NCBI GenBank assembly: GCA_007376265.1
Contig: VMFW01000004.1
Span: 1-48,023, forward strand
Length of the DNA: 48,023 bases
Origin: Parcubacteria group bacterium Gr01-1014_20
GTDB taxonomy: Bacteria > Patescibacteriota > Minisyncoccia > UBA6257 > 2-01-FULL-56-20
Direction of reading: 5' to 3'
Shown here in pieces: positions 33,462 to 42,529 of the stretch. Position numbers and translations under genes: made by a program. Position 1 is the stretch's first letter, and each line of letters begins with the position of its first letter. Under the pieces are notes generated by a model. The model was not told where the DNA came from. It was given only the letters and a program-made list of their open reading frames with translations, and searched no databases.

Positions 33462-33923
33462 ATGACGAAAAATTCTCTAATTATCGGTGGTATCGTTGTC
33501 GTAGTGCTTGTAGTCGTTTTCTTTGCAATGGGAGGATATTCTACTTCTGACAATACCGATGGGGATAGCATGGAATCCAAAAGCGAAGTTTCCGTTACCC
33601 TGAGCACGCAAAACGCCTCCGGTATTTCCGGCACTGCCACCATAAGCGATGTTGACGGTAAGGCCAAGGTTGTCCTAAGTCTTACGGGGGCGCCAGCTGA
33701 AATCAGCGAACCAGCGCACATCCACATCGGTTCTTGCGCGGAAATTGGCGCGGTTAAGTATCCGTTAATCTCAGTTCTGGGCGGAGTTTCAGAAACCATA
33801 CTTGAGGTTTCGACCGAAACCCTTCTTGGCTCTCTCCCCTTAGCGATTAATGTTCACAAATCAGCTGAAGAAGTCAGTGTTTACGTTGCTTGTGGTGACC
33901 TCTTAGCTTCATTGGCGGAGTAA
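33462..33923 (+). CDS. membrane-anchored CHRD-like domain protein
   Basis: An N-terminal TM, then GTATISDVDGKAKVVLSLTG...PAHIHIGSC...AINVHKS...VACGDL. The HIHxG pattern suggests CHRD. This is tentative. Confidence 0.6.
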   Translation: MTKNSLIIGGIVVVVLVVVFFAMGGYSTSDNTDGDSMESKSEVSVTLSTQNASGISGTATISDVDGKAKVVLSLTGAPAEISEPAHIHIGSCAEIGAVKYPLISVLGGVSETILEVSTETLLGSLPLAINVHKSAEEVSVYVACGDLLASLAE

Positions 33924-33950
33924 GCTAAACTCAAAACTATTTTGTTCTGT

Positions 33951-33988
33951 AAAACCCTAAACCCCGCTCAAGCGGGGTTTAGGGTTTT
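33951..33988 (+). terminator. strong intrinsic terminator (17-bp stem)
   Basis: aaaaccctaaaccccgc tcaa gcggggtttagggtttt. Confidence 0.9.
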
Positions 33989-34016
33989 AATAATTTCAGG
34001 CTACAATATTCTAGTC

Positions 34017-34727
34017 ATGAAAACCCACAGATTCATAACTAGTTTTATAAAAGAAGGTTCTACGATTAAAATCGTCAACCTCGAAATTTTCCATCAGTTA
34101 AAAAAGGTTCTAAAAATAAAGCCGGGTGAGAGCGTAATTCTAAGCGAGGGCAACGGAACTGACTTCTTATCGAAACTCACAATTTTTGGCAAAGATTTCG
34201 TAGAATTTGAGGTTTTAGAAGAAAGGGATAATCAAAACGAACCCCGGCGTAAAATTTTTCTCTTCGCGGCTATCCTGAAAAGAGAAAATTTTGAATTTAT
34301 CATCCAGAAGGGGACAGAGACTGGGGTTGAAGAATTTTTCCCGATCATTACCGAAAGAACGGTTAAATTTGCTCTCAAACTAGATCGACTCCGTAAAATC
34401 GCCAAAGAAGCCGCCGAACAGTCCGAGCGCAGTCGGGTTCCGAAGGTTCACCCTCCCCTTAGCTTTGGAGACGCTCTTGAAAAATCAAAGGAAATCAGCA
34501 CGCCCTTGGTGCTCGAGAGGGGTGGAAAGTTTCTTTTTGAATCCGCTCCTGACTTAAAAGGACTTGAATCCCTCAGTCTTCTAATCGGACCCGAGGGTGG
34601 TTGGACAACCCGCGAGCTTCAAGAGTTTGAAAAAAATCATTACCCCTTAATCGATCTAGGTTCTCGAACTCTTCGAGCCGAGACTTCAGCTATTGTGGCT
34701 TCTTGGTACCTTGCCTCCTTCCAATAA
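34017..34727 (+). CDS. rsmE: 16S rRNA (uracil1498-N3)-methyltransferase
   Basis: Start moved to the ATG at 34017 (MKTHRFI), because the track start lies in the terminator. C-terminal SPOUT motifs: LLIGPEGGWTTRE and LGSRTLRAETSAIVA. Confidence 0.88.
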   Translation: MKTHRFITSFIKEGSTIKIVNLEIFHQLKKVLKIKPGESVILSEGNGTDFLSKLTIFGKDFVEFEVLEERDNQNEPRRKIFLFAAILKRENFEFIIQKGTETGVEEFFPIITERTVKFALKLDRLRKIAKEAAEQSERSRVPKVHPPLSFGDALEKSKEISTPLVLERGGKFLFESAPDLKGLESLSLLIGPEGGWTTRELQEFEKNHYPLIDLGSRTLRAETSAIVASWYLASFQ

Positions 34728-35761
34728 TGACATCGGAAAAAATTCTTCAGCGCTATAGCTATCAGTTTCCGGAAAACTTAATCGCAAAGGAACCCGCCTC
34801 ACCCCGAGATAGTGCCAATCTTTTGGTTTACTCGCAAAAAACAAAAAAAGTTTCTTGGACTAAATTTATAAAGTTAGTTGATTACTTACTCCCCGGAACC
34901 GTTCTAGTTTTTAACAAAACTAAAGTTATCCCTGCTCGGCTTAAAGTCAGAAAAGAAACTGGCGGCGGAGTTCGGCTTCTCTACATCGGAAAAAACAAAA
35001 AGTTCATCAAGGTTCTCGCGGATCGAAAGCTAGCCATCGGTTCAAGGCTTGAGATAAATAAAAAGCTCAAACTCTATGTTTCTAAACGAGAGGATCGAAT
35101 TTATTTCCTAAAACCTCTTTTTTCAATCAATCGAATTCTTGATATTCTAACGACCCATGGGCAAACTCCCATTCCGCCGTACATAAAGCACTCGCCACTC
35201 AAGGAAAGCGAATTAAGAGAAAAATACCAAACTATCTTTGCCTCCGAACCAGGATCGGTAGCGGCTCCTACCGCCGCCCTCCATTTCACGAAAAGACTTT
35301 TTAAAAAGCTAAAATCAGCCAAAATTTCGATAAAATTTATCACCTTACACGTAAATCTCGGAACGTTTAGTCCGATAACTAGTCAAAACCTAGAAACCAG
35401 CCGTCTCCACGAGGAGCAGTACGAAATCGATAAAAAAACGGCCCAAATTTTAAACAAATCCAAGCAATCCAGACTTCCTATTATTGCTGTTGGCACCACC
35501 ACTCTCCGAGCACTCGAATCAGCCGTCGACAAACAAGGTAGACTACGGAAGCTTTCAGGGATGACTGATCTTTTTATTCAGGAGGGTTATCATTTCAAAT
35601 TTATAAATGGCCTCATCACCAATTTCCACGTGCCAAAATCTAGCTTGCTCATGCTTGTCTCGGCGCTTATTGGACGAAAGAAAACTATTGAGTTGTATCA
35701 AAAAGCGATTCAGAAAAAATTCCGTTTTTTCTCTTTCGGCGACGGAATGTTGATAAATTAA
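34727..35761 (+). CDS. queA: S-adenosylmethionine:tRNA ribosyltransferase-isomerase
   Basis: ATG at 34727 overlaps the rsmE stop (TAATG). Motifs: YQFPENLIAKEPASPRDSANLLV, IPPYI, GSVAAPTAALHFT, AVGTTTLRALES, NFHVPKSSLLMLVSA. Confidence 0.93.
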   Translation: MTSEKILQRYSYQFPENLIAKEPASPRDSANLLVYSQKTKKVSWTKFIKLVDYLLPGTVLVFNKTKVIPARLKVRKETGGGVRLLYIGKNKKFIKVLADRKLAIGSRLEINKKLKLYVSKREDRIYFLKPLFSINRILDILTTHGQTPIPPYIKHSPLKESELREKYQTIFASEPGSVAAPTAALHFTKRLFKKLKSAKISIKFITLHVNLGTFSPITSQNLETSRLHEEQYEIDKKTAQILNKSKQSRLPIIAVGTTTLRALESAVDKQGRLRKLSGMTDLFIQEGYHFKFINGLITNFHVPKSSLLMLVSALIGRKKTIELYQKAIQKKFRFFSFGDGMLIN

Positions 35762-35832
35762 TCGCCAGGGTGATTAATTTATCAATCCCGAGCGAGCACG
35801 CGAGGGGCCGCAAAATAAAGCTCTGGGCTGAG

Positions 35833-35927
35833 GAAAATAAAAATAGCCGACCAAGATTTACTTGATCGGCTAGCTCCCCCACAGCACCATTGTGCTGCTC
35901 CGTCCTGCTCCGGCCACCATCCTAGAC
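35833..35927 (-). ncRNA. candidate small RNA of about 95 nt, GGA-rich, of unknown class
   Basis: On the minus strand: TTGGTT (35962-35957), 17 nt, TATAGT (35939-35934), then about 55 nt containing five GGA motifs, a CAGCAC-AAUG-GUGCUG hairpin, and an intrinsic terminator (agccgatcaag pairing with cttggtcggct, followed by atttttatttt). No plausible ORF is present. Confidence 0.35.
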
Positions 35928-35984
35928 CCCACAACTATAATCCAAATCTTTCGAAAAACCAAATAAGTCTGTGGATAAAAAAAC

Positions 35985-36006
35985 AGGCACCCAAATTTGG
36001 GTGCCT
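35985..36006 (-). terminator. palindromic hairpin terminator
   Basis: aggcacccaaa/tttgggtgcct is a perfect palindrome. A T7 run follows on the minus strand. Confidence 0.7.
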
Positions 36007-36028
36007 AAAAATCTGAGCCGCTGGGCGG

Positions 36029-36172
36029 CTACGGAGCAACAGTCAGGGTCTGGAAGATCAGGGTAGCCTTCTCTAAGAAAGCTAGCAGGAAGGTTTGCAG
36101 GGCGTGAAGGACATCGGGCATAAACACGCCCAACACAACCACCACGGCGGCAAATCCGATCGCGCTTCCCAT
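36029..36172 (-). CDS. possible small membrane protein (47 aa), low confidence
   Basis: MGSAIGFAAVVVVLGVFMPDVLHALQTFLLAFLEKATLIFQTLTVAP ends 22 nt before the 35985-36006 terminator. No SD was found. Confidence 0.3.
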   Translation of the reverse strand: MGSAIGFAAVVVVLGVFMPDVLHALQTFLLAFLEKATLIFQTLTVAP

Positions 36173-36245
36173 GTTTTAAATATGGCAGGCAAGGGGATTA
36201 GTTTGCATGGTGTCGACGACACCATGAGCCGCTATGTGTGGCCGG

Positions 36246-36297
36246 TTCCCTCCTGCTCAAAAGCTAGTTCTTAGACCAACCTCTGAGCAGGAGGGAA
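36246..36297. repeat. 14-bp perfect inverted repeat with 24-nt loop
   Basis: ttccctcctgctca (36246-36259) pairs with tgagcaggagggaa (36284-36297). Confidence 0.7.
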
Positions 36298-36430
36298 AGC
36301 TACTTTTCAAGTTACAACAAAAGTATACCACATAAAATCAATTAATGCAAGGGCACGAGGCTTGCTTCCGAGCCTGAGTCCTGGTAACCTCCCTAAATAG
36401 CAAATTTAAAAATCAAACCAGGAGGGTTTT

Positions 36431-36877
36431 GTGAATCCGTACCTTACAAAAAGAAACAGGAAAGCCATGGCTGAAGCAAGAACTTTTGCCGAGCTAGGAT
36501 GTATCGCCTTTGAGGTTCTGCAAAGAATGGATGAGAAAGTCGTGCCAAGATCAATCGGCCAAGTTTGCGGTCCGATCACGACCGGCGGTCGGAGTTCGAT
36601 CGTCGTCAACCTACGTGAATTTTCACGTTATATCGAACTCCTCCAGTCCAAAGGTTTGGCAATCTTCGACCAAGTTCCTTTTGAGAAACATCTCTTTAGG
36701 ATTCGGGGGGTCAATTATCAATCCGACAGCACCCTACTCGAAGATTTCTATGGGCCCATTTTTGAGTCAGGTATAGTAAAAATCCTCTATTTCATCCCCG
36801 GCTGGTCTAGCTCAAACGGGGCCATGTGGGAACATCGCCAAGCCGTAAGACTGAACCTCACGATCGACTATCTCTAG
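36431..36877 (+). CDS. DUF4406/nucleoside 2-deoxyribosyltransferase-like protein
   Basis: GTG start 4 nt after an AGGAGGG SD. The CGPITTGGRSS and FIPGWSSSNGAMWEHRQAVRL motifs resemble the DUF4406 pattern (GPMTG ... GW..S.GA..E). This is tentative. Confidence 0.65.
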   Translation: MNPYLTKRNRKAMAEARTFAELGCIAFEVLQRMDEKVVPRSIGQVCGPITTGGRSSIVVNLREFSRYIELLQSKGLAIFDQVPFEKHLFRIRGVNYQSDSTLLEDFYGPIFESGIVKILYFIPGWSSSNGAMWEHRQAVRLNLTIDYL

Positions 36878-37017
36878 ATATTTCTCGTTAACCCACAACC
36901 AAACACCACTAAGCCTCAATCTCGGGGCTTTTTTGACATGAAAAAAACACGATGGTAACCTGACTTCGTGCAACTTGAAAACTTAAAATTAAAAACCATT
37001 TCGCAAAGGAGAGAAGT

Positions 37018-38532
37018 ATGGGTACAAAATGGGTTCCTCTTGAAGAAAGGCTAACAGAGGGACTGACATTTGACGATGTTTTTGTGATCCCACACCGGTC
37101 AAGAGTTCATCCTCGAGAAGTTGACATTACAACCGAACTTTGCCGAGGCATCAGAATTGCCACCCCGTTTGTTTCCTCTCCGATGGACACCGTGACCGAG
37201 GAAAAAATGGTTATCGCTATCGAGCTTTTTGGTGGTGCCGGAGTACTTCATAAAGGAATGAGGGGATCCCGATTGAAAGAAGCCTTGACCACGATCAAAC
37301 GCTTTATGGCCGGGCAAATTAAAAATCCTATCAAGGCTACGCCCAACCAGACATTGCGAGCTGTGAAAGCCATGAATTCACTCTACACCGGCTTCCCGGT
37401 TGTGAGTTTTGAAGATGGCGATAAGCCAAAACTTTTAGGTATCATCACGCGGCGGGATATGGACGGAAAAGAGCCGGGGAGTCTGGTTCGTGACTCGATG
37501 ACTCCTCGAGAACGACTAGTGGTGGCCGATCCGAGCATTAGTTTCGACGGTGCTCTGAACTTAATGCGATTGCACAAAGTTGAAAAACTTCCGTTGGTTG
37601 ATTCCAACGATTATCTCGTTGGTTTAGTCACTCGTCGAGATCTTGATCGCCGACTGAAGCATCCAAAAGCCACCGTCGACAGTCAGGGAAGGTTGCTTGT
37701 CGGCGTCGCAGTGAGCGGTGCTAATCCTGAATCAGCTGTCGAACACGTAAAAGAACTCATTCCACTGGGCCTCGATTTTGTGGTGGTGGATTCTGCTCAC
37801 GGAGGCAATTCAGCTATCATCGCCTCAACTCTTTCTCTAAAAAACACCTTCAGCGACTTACCGGTTATCGCCGGAAACGTGGCTGATCGGTCAAGTGCTG
37901 AGGGTCTAGTCGAGGCTGGTTGCGACGCTCTTCGCGTTGGCGTCGGTCCGGGCTCTATCTGTTCCACTCGTATTGTGACTGGAATTGGCGTGCCACAAAT
38001 CACGGCTGTCGCTGAATGTCGAGGCATCGTTGAATCTTTAGGTAGTTCGGTTCCCATCATTGCGGATGGCGGCATCAGTCAAAGCGGGCAAGTGATCAAA
38101 GCTTTAGCTGCTGGTGCCTCAACTGTTATGCTCGGTAACCTCCTCGCCAGTACCATTGAATCGCCAGGAGAGGTAATTACTCGCGGCAACCAAAAGTTTA
38201 AGAAGCATCGCGGCATGGGTTCGGCGGAAGCTATAAAAAAGTACGGCGGTGACCGTTATTTCCAAGATGGAGACGGAGAAAGCGAGGCGGTGATTGTTCC
38301 AGAAGGTGTGAGCGGAACCGTGCCGCTCCGAGGAACTGTCTCGGAGCTTCTTGCGTTTTTCTCCGTAGCGCTTCGAAACGGCATGGGCTACAACGGTGCC
38401 AAAACCATTCCCGATCTATGGGAGGCACGAATAGTGAAAGTAACCGCGGCTGGACTCCGAGAAGCCGCCCCTCACGACCTAACTAGCATCGAGAGTGAAA
38501 CTTCCACGAGCAAACAGGAAATAGGAGGGTAG
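37018..38532 (+). CDS. guaB: IMP dehydrogenase with CBS pair
   Basis: LTFDDVFVIP, a CBS insert, catalytic GVGPGSICSTRIVTGIGVPQ, and IADGGISQSGQVIKALAAGASTVMLG. Confidence 0.95.
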   Translation: MGTKWVPLEERLTEGLTFDDVFVIPHRSRVHPREVDITTELCRGIRIATPFVSSPMDTVTEEKMVIAIELFGGAGVLHKGMRGSRLKEALTTIKRFMAGQIKNPIKATPNQTLRAVKAMNSLYTGFPVVSFEDGDKPKLLGIITRRDMDGKEPGSLVRDSMTPRERLVVADPSISFDGALNLMRLHKVEKLPLVDSNDYLVGLVTRRDLDRRLKHPKATVDSQGRLLVGVAVSGANPESAVEHVKELIPLGLDFVVVDSAHGGNSAIIASTLSLKNTFSDLPVIAGNVADRSSAEGLVEAGCDALRVGVGPGSICSTRIVTGIGVPQITAVAECRGIVESLGSSVPIIADGGISQSGQVIKALAAGASTVMLGNLLASTIESPGEVITRGNQKFKKHRGMGSAEAIKKYGGDRYFQDGDGESEAVIVPEGVSGTVPLRGTVSELLAFFSVALRNGMGYNGAKTIPDLWEARIVKVTAAGLREAAPHDLTSIESETSTSKQEIGG

Positions 38533-39849
38533 ATGTTAAAAGAAATACCCGTCGTCGACTTAATTGTCGGTCTCCAGTGGGGAGATGAAGGCAAGGGAGC
38601 GGTCGCCGATCGTTTAAGCGCCAATCCGAAATACAAAATAGTCATCCGACCAGCCGGGGGTAACAACGCTGGCCACACTGTTTTTATCGGGAACAAACGT
38701 TTTGCCCTTCACCACATTCCAGCTGGCATTCTCCATGGCAAAATCGCTATTTTAGGAAGCGGCATGTGTATCAATCCGCTGGCGCTCATGGAAGAAATTA
38801 ACGATCTCGAAAAAGCCGGCATTCCTACCGCGAGCCTTTACATTTCCGATCGAGCTAGCCTCCTGATGCCTTGGCATATTGAGGAAGATCTGCTCCAGGA
38901 AAAAGCCCGCGGCAAAGATAAAATCGGCACCACATGCAAGGGTATCGGTCCTTGCTATCGAGATCACATTGATCGCGTTGGTCTTCGACTAAGCGATTTC
39001 GCCGATTCCGAAGAACGTTGGCGAGTTAAATTAAAATCAAAACTCGGTGAGGTTCTGGAGAGGCTCGAGCGTCTCTATCCAAGCTTCGTTCCAGCTGAGT
39101 TCTTCGCTCGATTTCCGTTCGAAAACCTCGAAGCGATCCGTCGGTTGCTAGCCTCTAAAGTTGTCGATTTACCCGAATTTTTACGAGAGCGTCGCCATCA
39201 AGGAGGCGGTATTCTAATCGAAGGCGCTCAAGGGGCGATGCTCGACATTCGTCACGGCACCTATCCTTTTGTCACGTCCTCCCACCCGACAGCCATCGGC
39301 TGTTTGGATGGAATGGGCATCGGTCCGGGAGACGTTACAGACGTCATTGGAGTTCTCAAGGCCTACGTCACCCGAGTCGGAGAAGGCCCTTTCCCAACTC
39401 GAATGGATCGAACCACCGAAGCTCTGATTCGAGCTCTTGGGAAAGAACAGGGAACGACCACCGGCCGTGATCGCAACTGTGGTTGGCTCGATTTTGTCCA
39501 GTTACGATATGCGGCCAAGCTGAATTCTGTAACCGGCATCATTGTCACCAAGTTTGATTTCTTTCACGAGCTCTCCACCCTTAGGGTTTGTCACTCTTAC
39601 CAGCGGAATGGAGAAGAAATAAAATACTTACCAGCCGACATGGTCGGTTGCGAAGCCAACTTTACTGACGTTGAAGTCTGGGTCGAACCCGTTAAAAACA
39701 GCACTCAAGTCATGGATCTTCCAGCCGCCTGTCGGAATTACTTGTGGAAAATCTCCAATACCCTGGAGGTCCCGATTGTCGGTCTCTCTTTGGGCCCCGA
39801 GAGAAGTGATGCGATCGAACTATCGCCAACCGAAACGGTAATTTACTAG
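38533..39849 (+). CDS. purA: adenylosuccinate synthetase
   Basis: GLQWGDEGKGAVAD P-loop, GGNNAGHTV, TTCKGIGPCY, EGAQGAMLDIRHGTYPFVTSS, GTTTGRDRNCGWLD. Confidence 0.95.
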   Translation: MLKEIPVVDLIVGLQWGDEGKGAVADRLSANPKYKIVIRPAGGNNAGHTVFIGNKRFALHHIPAGILHGKIAILGSGMCINPLALMEEINDLEKAGIPTASLYISDRASLLMPWHIEEDLLQEKARGKDKIGTTCKGIGPCYRDHIDRVGLRLSDFADSEERWRVKLKSKLGEVLERLERLYPSFVPAEFFARFPFENLEAIRRLLASKVVDLPEFLRERRHQGGGILIEGAQGAMLDIRHGTYPFVTSSHPTAIGCLDGMGIGPGDVTDVIGVLKAYVTRVGEGPFPTRMDRTTEALIRALGKEQGTTTGRDRNCGWLDFVQLRYAAKLNSVTGIIVTKFDFFHELSTLRVCHSYQRNGEEIKYLPADMVGCEANFTDVEVWVEPVKNSTQVMDLPAACRNYLWKISNTLEVPIVGLSLGPERSDAIELSPTETVIY

Positions 39850-39858
39850 AACGATTTA

Positions 39859-39888
39859 GGGCGTTGCAGATACTGCAGCGCCTTTTTA
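39859..39888 (+). terminator. intrinsic terminator
   Basis: ggcgttgcag ata ctgcagcgcc, followed by TTTTT. Confidence 0.85.
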
Positions 39889-39911
39889 TTTATAAAAGGT
39901 GTTAAATTTAA

Positions 39912-40991
39912 ATGATGAGAATCACAGGACATCTTGATATGGATGCTTTCTTTGCGGCCGTGGAAGAACGCGATCGACCGCGCCTCAAGGGCCGGCCCAT
40001 CGTGGTTGGCTCTGATCCCGAAGATGGAAGGGGGCGGGGAGTGGTTTCAACCGCTAACTATAAGGCCAGAGAGTACGGCATCCATTCCGCCATGCCAATT
40101 AGTAAGGCCTGGGAACTTTCCGAAAAGGCCAAAAAAGACGGTAACCCACCGGCGGTTTTTATCAGTGGTAGTCATCGCCGCTACTCTGAAGTCTCTAAAA
40201 AAATCTTTCAAATCGTCGCAAAACACGTTCAAGCCTTTGAGCAGACAAGTGTTGACGAAGGCTACCTAGATTTAAGTTTCACAAGCAGTTATAAAAAAGC
40301 TGAAACGCTAGCTAAAAAAATTCAAAAAGAAATTAGACTTAAAGAAAAGTTAACCTGCTCCATCGGCATCGGACCCAATAAACTTATCGCCAAAATCGCT
40401 TCCGATATTCAAAAACCCAACGGCCTAATTGTTCTAAACGAGGAAGACGCGGAAAATTTTATCGAGCCTCTCTCCATTCGCAATATTCCCGGCATTGGTC
40501 CAAAAACCGAAATTCTCTTAAACAAAGAAGGAATTAAAACTGTCAAGGATTTGAAAAAGTTTTCCGCAGAAAAACTGAGAACGTTGCTCGGCAAGTGGGG
40601 GACTATTTTATACGCAAAAGCGCGAGGCCAAGACGATTCGCCAGTCGCCAACTATTACGTTGAAGCGAAATCTATCGGCGAGCAAGAAACATTTAATCGA
40701 GACTCGTCTGATCTTAACTTTATTACCGATCGTGTTAAAACGCTTTGTGGAAGTGTTTTTAATAGTTTCAAAAAAGATGGTTTTAAATCCTTCAAAATCG
40801 TCGTCGTGACAGTTCGCTTTTCTAATTTCGAAACTAAAAATCGAAGTCGCACCCTAGCTGAGCCTGCCAATAGCTTAGAGAACCTGGAATTTGAGGCCCT
40901 GAAACTGCTTTACCCGTTTTTTGATAGGCGGGAAAACCCCCAAAAGCGTCTAATCCGCCTAGTTGGAATAAGAATCGAGAAGTTAAAGTGA
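39912..40991 (+). CDS. dinB: DNA polymerase IV (Y-family)
   Basis: HLDMDAFFAAVEERDRPRLKGRPIVVG, SVDEGYLD, SIGIGPNKLIAKIASD, IPGIGPKT. Confidence 0.93.
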   Translation: MMRITGHLDMDAFFAAVEERDRPRLKGRPIVVGSDPEDGRGRGVVSTANYKAREYGIHSAMPISKAWELSEKAKKDGNPPAVFISGSHRRYSEVSKKIFQIVAKHVQAFEQTSVDEGYLDLSFTSSYKKAETLAKKIQKEIRLKEKLTCSIGIGPNKLIAKIASDIQKPNGLIVLNEEDAENFIEPLSIRNIPGIGPKTEILLNKEGIKTVKDLKKFSAEKLRTLLGKWGTILYAKARGQDDSPVANYYVEAKSIGEQETFNRDSSDLNFITDRVKTLCGSVFNSFKKDGFKSFKIVVVTVRFSNFETKNRSRTLAEPANSLENLEFEALKLLYPFFDRRENPQKRLIRLVGIRIEKLK

Positions 40992-41064
40992 AAATATGGT
41001 TATGGTATAATTGTAAACGTAGCCTTTTTACAAAGGTCGGAGCTTGTTTGAATAAAATTAAAAA

Positions 41065-41280
41065 ATGAAGAGTTTGCACATGATAACCTGGATACTTCTT
41101 ATAGTTGGAGGTGTCAACTGGTTATTGGTCTTTTTCGGCTGGGAGTTGGGCACAGCCATCTTTGGGAGCATGGATCATATGGTTTCAAAGGTAATCTACC
41201 TATTGGTCGGTTTGTCAGCCCTATACGAGATCTTTACGCACAAAAAGAACTGTAAAATGTGCGGTAGCGCCGGTATGTAA
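41065..41280 (+). CDS. DUF378-family small membrane protein
   Basis: ITWILLIVGGVNWLLVFFGWELG...VIYLLVGLSALYEIF is typical of DUF378. The tail ends in CKMCGS. Confidence 0.75.
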   Translation: MKSLHMITWILLIVGGVNWLLVFFGWELGTAIFGSMDHMVSKVIYLLVGLSALYEIFTHKKNCKMCGSAGM

Positions 41281-41302
41281 GCCAGCATAGAATTCAAAGT
41301 TT

Positions 41303-41332
41303 AAAAACGGTCCCGCTGGGTGGGCCGTTTTT
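41303..41332 (+). terminator. intrinsic terminator
   Basis: aaaaacggtccc pairs with gggccgttttt. Confidence 0.7.
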
Positions 41333-41369
41333 AGTTTGAGGAGATTAAGATATAGTTAAATTGAGAAAA

Positions 41370-42335
41370 ATGAAAAAAATCACCCTTCTAGCCATAGCCC
41401 TAATACTTATTTTTGGTTTCTTCTTTGGAGAACAGATCTTAAAATTTGTCGCCGAAAAACTTCCAAGCGAGAGCTTTATTAAGAGCAAAATTTCCGAACT
41501 TTACGATCAAAAGATAAGAAAACCGGCTCTGAACGCCATCAATAGTAAAATCGATTCGATCGTTGAAAAAACCGCAGAAAGTTTAGCCACAGAGGCAAAA
41601 AGTGTGGTGGGAAAAATTATTGCGCCCCCACCACTCAGAAGAGATACCGAAGAAAATTCTTCAGTTTTAACTAAGTCGGGGGTTTTTACCTGGACCAATG
41701 TCGAAAGGATTCAAGTTTCCCAACTCCCAGTCCTCAAGCCTAGTTACCTACTCGATAAAGTAGCCGAAGCGCGGTTGAACGATATGTTTAAAAATCAATA
41801 TTTCGAGCATAACTCGCCAACCGGTGAAAGCGCGTCGACCGAAGCCAAAAAGATCAGCTATGAGTACGTTTTAATCGGTGAAAATATTGCTCTTGGAAAT
41901 TTTGAAGGGGATCAAAAACTCGTTGAGGCTTGGATGAATAGCCCGGGTCACCGAGCTAATATCCTGAATTCAAAATATACAGAACTTGGTGTTGCAGTGG
42001 GTCGAGGACTTTTTGACGAACGAAACCAGTGGATCGGAGTCCAAATTTTCGCCAAACCAAAATCTGACTGCCCCGTGATTAACGAATCCCTAAAGATAAG
42101 CATCGAAACTAACAGAATCGCTATTTCCTCCCTCGAACTGAAAGCCGAGGAAATCAAAAAAGAGCTTGAAGGTTCAGATCCGAAAACGAAGGAGGAGGTC
42201 GCAGTTTACAATGCCAAGGTTTCCGAGTACAACTCTCTTGCCGATCAAATAAATAAACTCATTCAAGAAACTAAAGCACTCATCAGTGAACATAACAGCC
42301 AAGCTAGCCAGTTCAATCTTTGTGCGCAATCTTAA
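41370..42335 (+). CDS. secreted CAP/SCP (PR-1-like, YkwD-like) domain protein with C-terminal coiled coil
   Basis: ATG at 41370, then a signal/TM segment. Motifs FEHNSPTGES, GENIALG and WMNSPGHRANILNSKYTELGVAV are present. Confidence 0.8.
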   Translation: MKKITLLAIALILIFGFFFGEQILKFVAEKLPSESFIKSKISELYDQKIRKPALNAINSKIDSIVEKTAESLATEAKSVVGKIIAPPPLRRDTEENSSVLTKSGVFTWTNVERIQVSQLPVLKPSYLLDKVAEARLNDMFKNQYFEHNSPTGESASTEAKKISYEYVLIGENIALGNFEGDQKLVEAWMNSPGHRANILNSKYTELGVAVGRGLFDERNQWIGVQIFAKPKSDCPVINESLKISIETNRIAISSLELKAEEIKKELEGSDPKTKEEVAVYNAKVSEYNSLADQINKLIQETKALISEHNSQASQFNLCAQS

Positions 42336-42356
42336 AAACTGATGTATAATAGAGCG

Positions 42357-42521
42357 ATGGAACATTATATTTGTCGGGGGGGGTGCGAGGGGGTTTCGGA
42401 GAAACCTGGCACTTGCAACGCCGAAGGCTGCCCTAACTATCAGAAACCGTTAGAGAAATGTGCCTGCGAGGATCAAAAACACGGTGATACCCCTAAGGAG
42501 AGCGAGGAGAAAAAGGAGTAA
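42357..42521 (+). CDS. small Cys-rich (zinc-ribbon-like) protein, 54 aa (below ORF-track cutoff)
   Basis: MEHYICRGGCEGVSEKPGTCNAEGCPNYQKPLEKCACEDQKHGDTPKESEEKKE. TATAAT (42345-42350) lies exactly 6 nt before the ATG and there is no SD, suggesting a leaderless start. Confidence 0.55.
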   Translation: MEHYICRGGCEGVSEKPGTCNAEGCPNYQKPLEKCACEDQKHGDTPKESEEKKE

Positions 42522-42529
42522 AAACCCGG

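Noticed and set aside
35685-35882. 65-aa minus-strand ORF spanning the queA 3' end and the spacer.
   Set aside because: It overlaps queA antisense and runs through the minus-strand terminator hairpin. No SD is present.
36042-36062. GUCAGGGUCUGGAAGAUCAGG resembles the SRP RNA domain IV motif GUCAGGUCCGGAAGGAAGCAGC.
   Set aside because: The GGAA cannot be closed by a proper stem here (U-G then C-A). The conserved AGCA 3' side is missing, and no complementary 5'/3' helix is evident. The similarity is judged coincidental.
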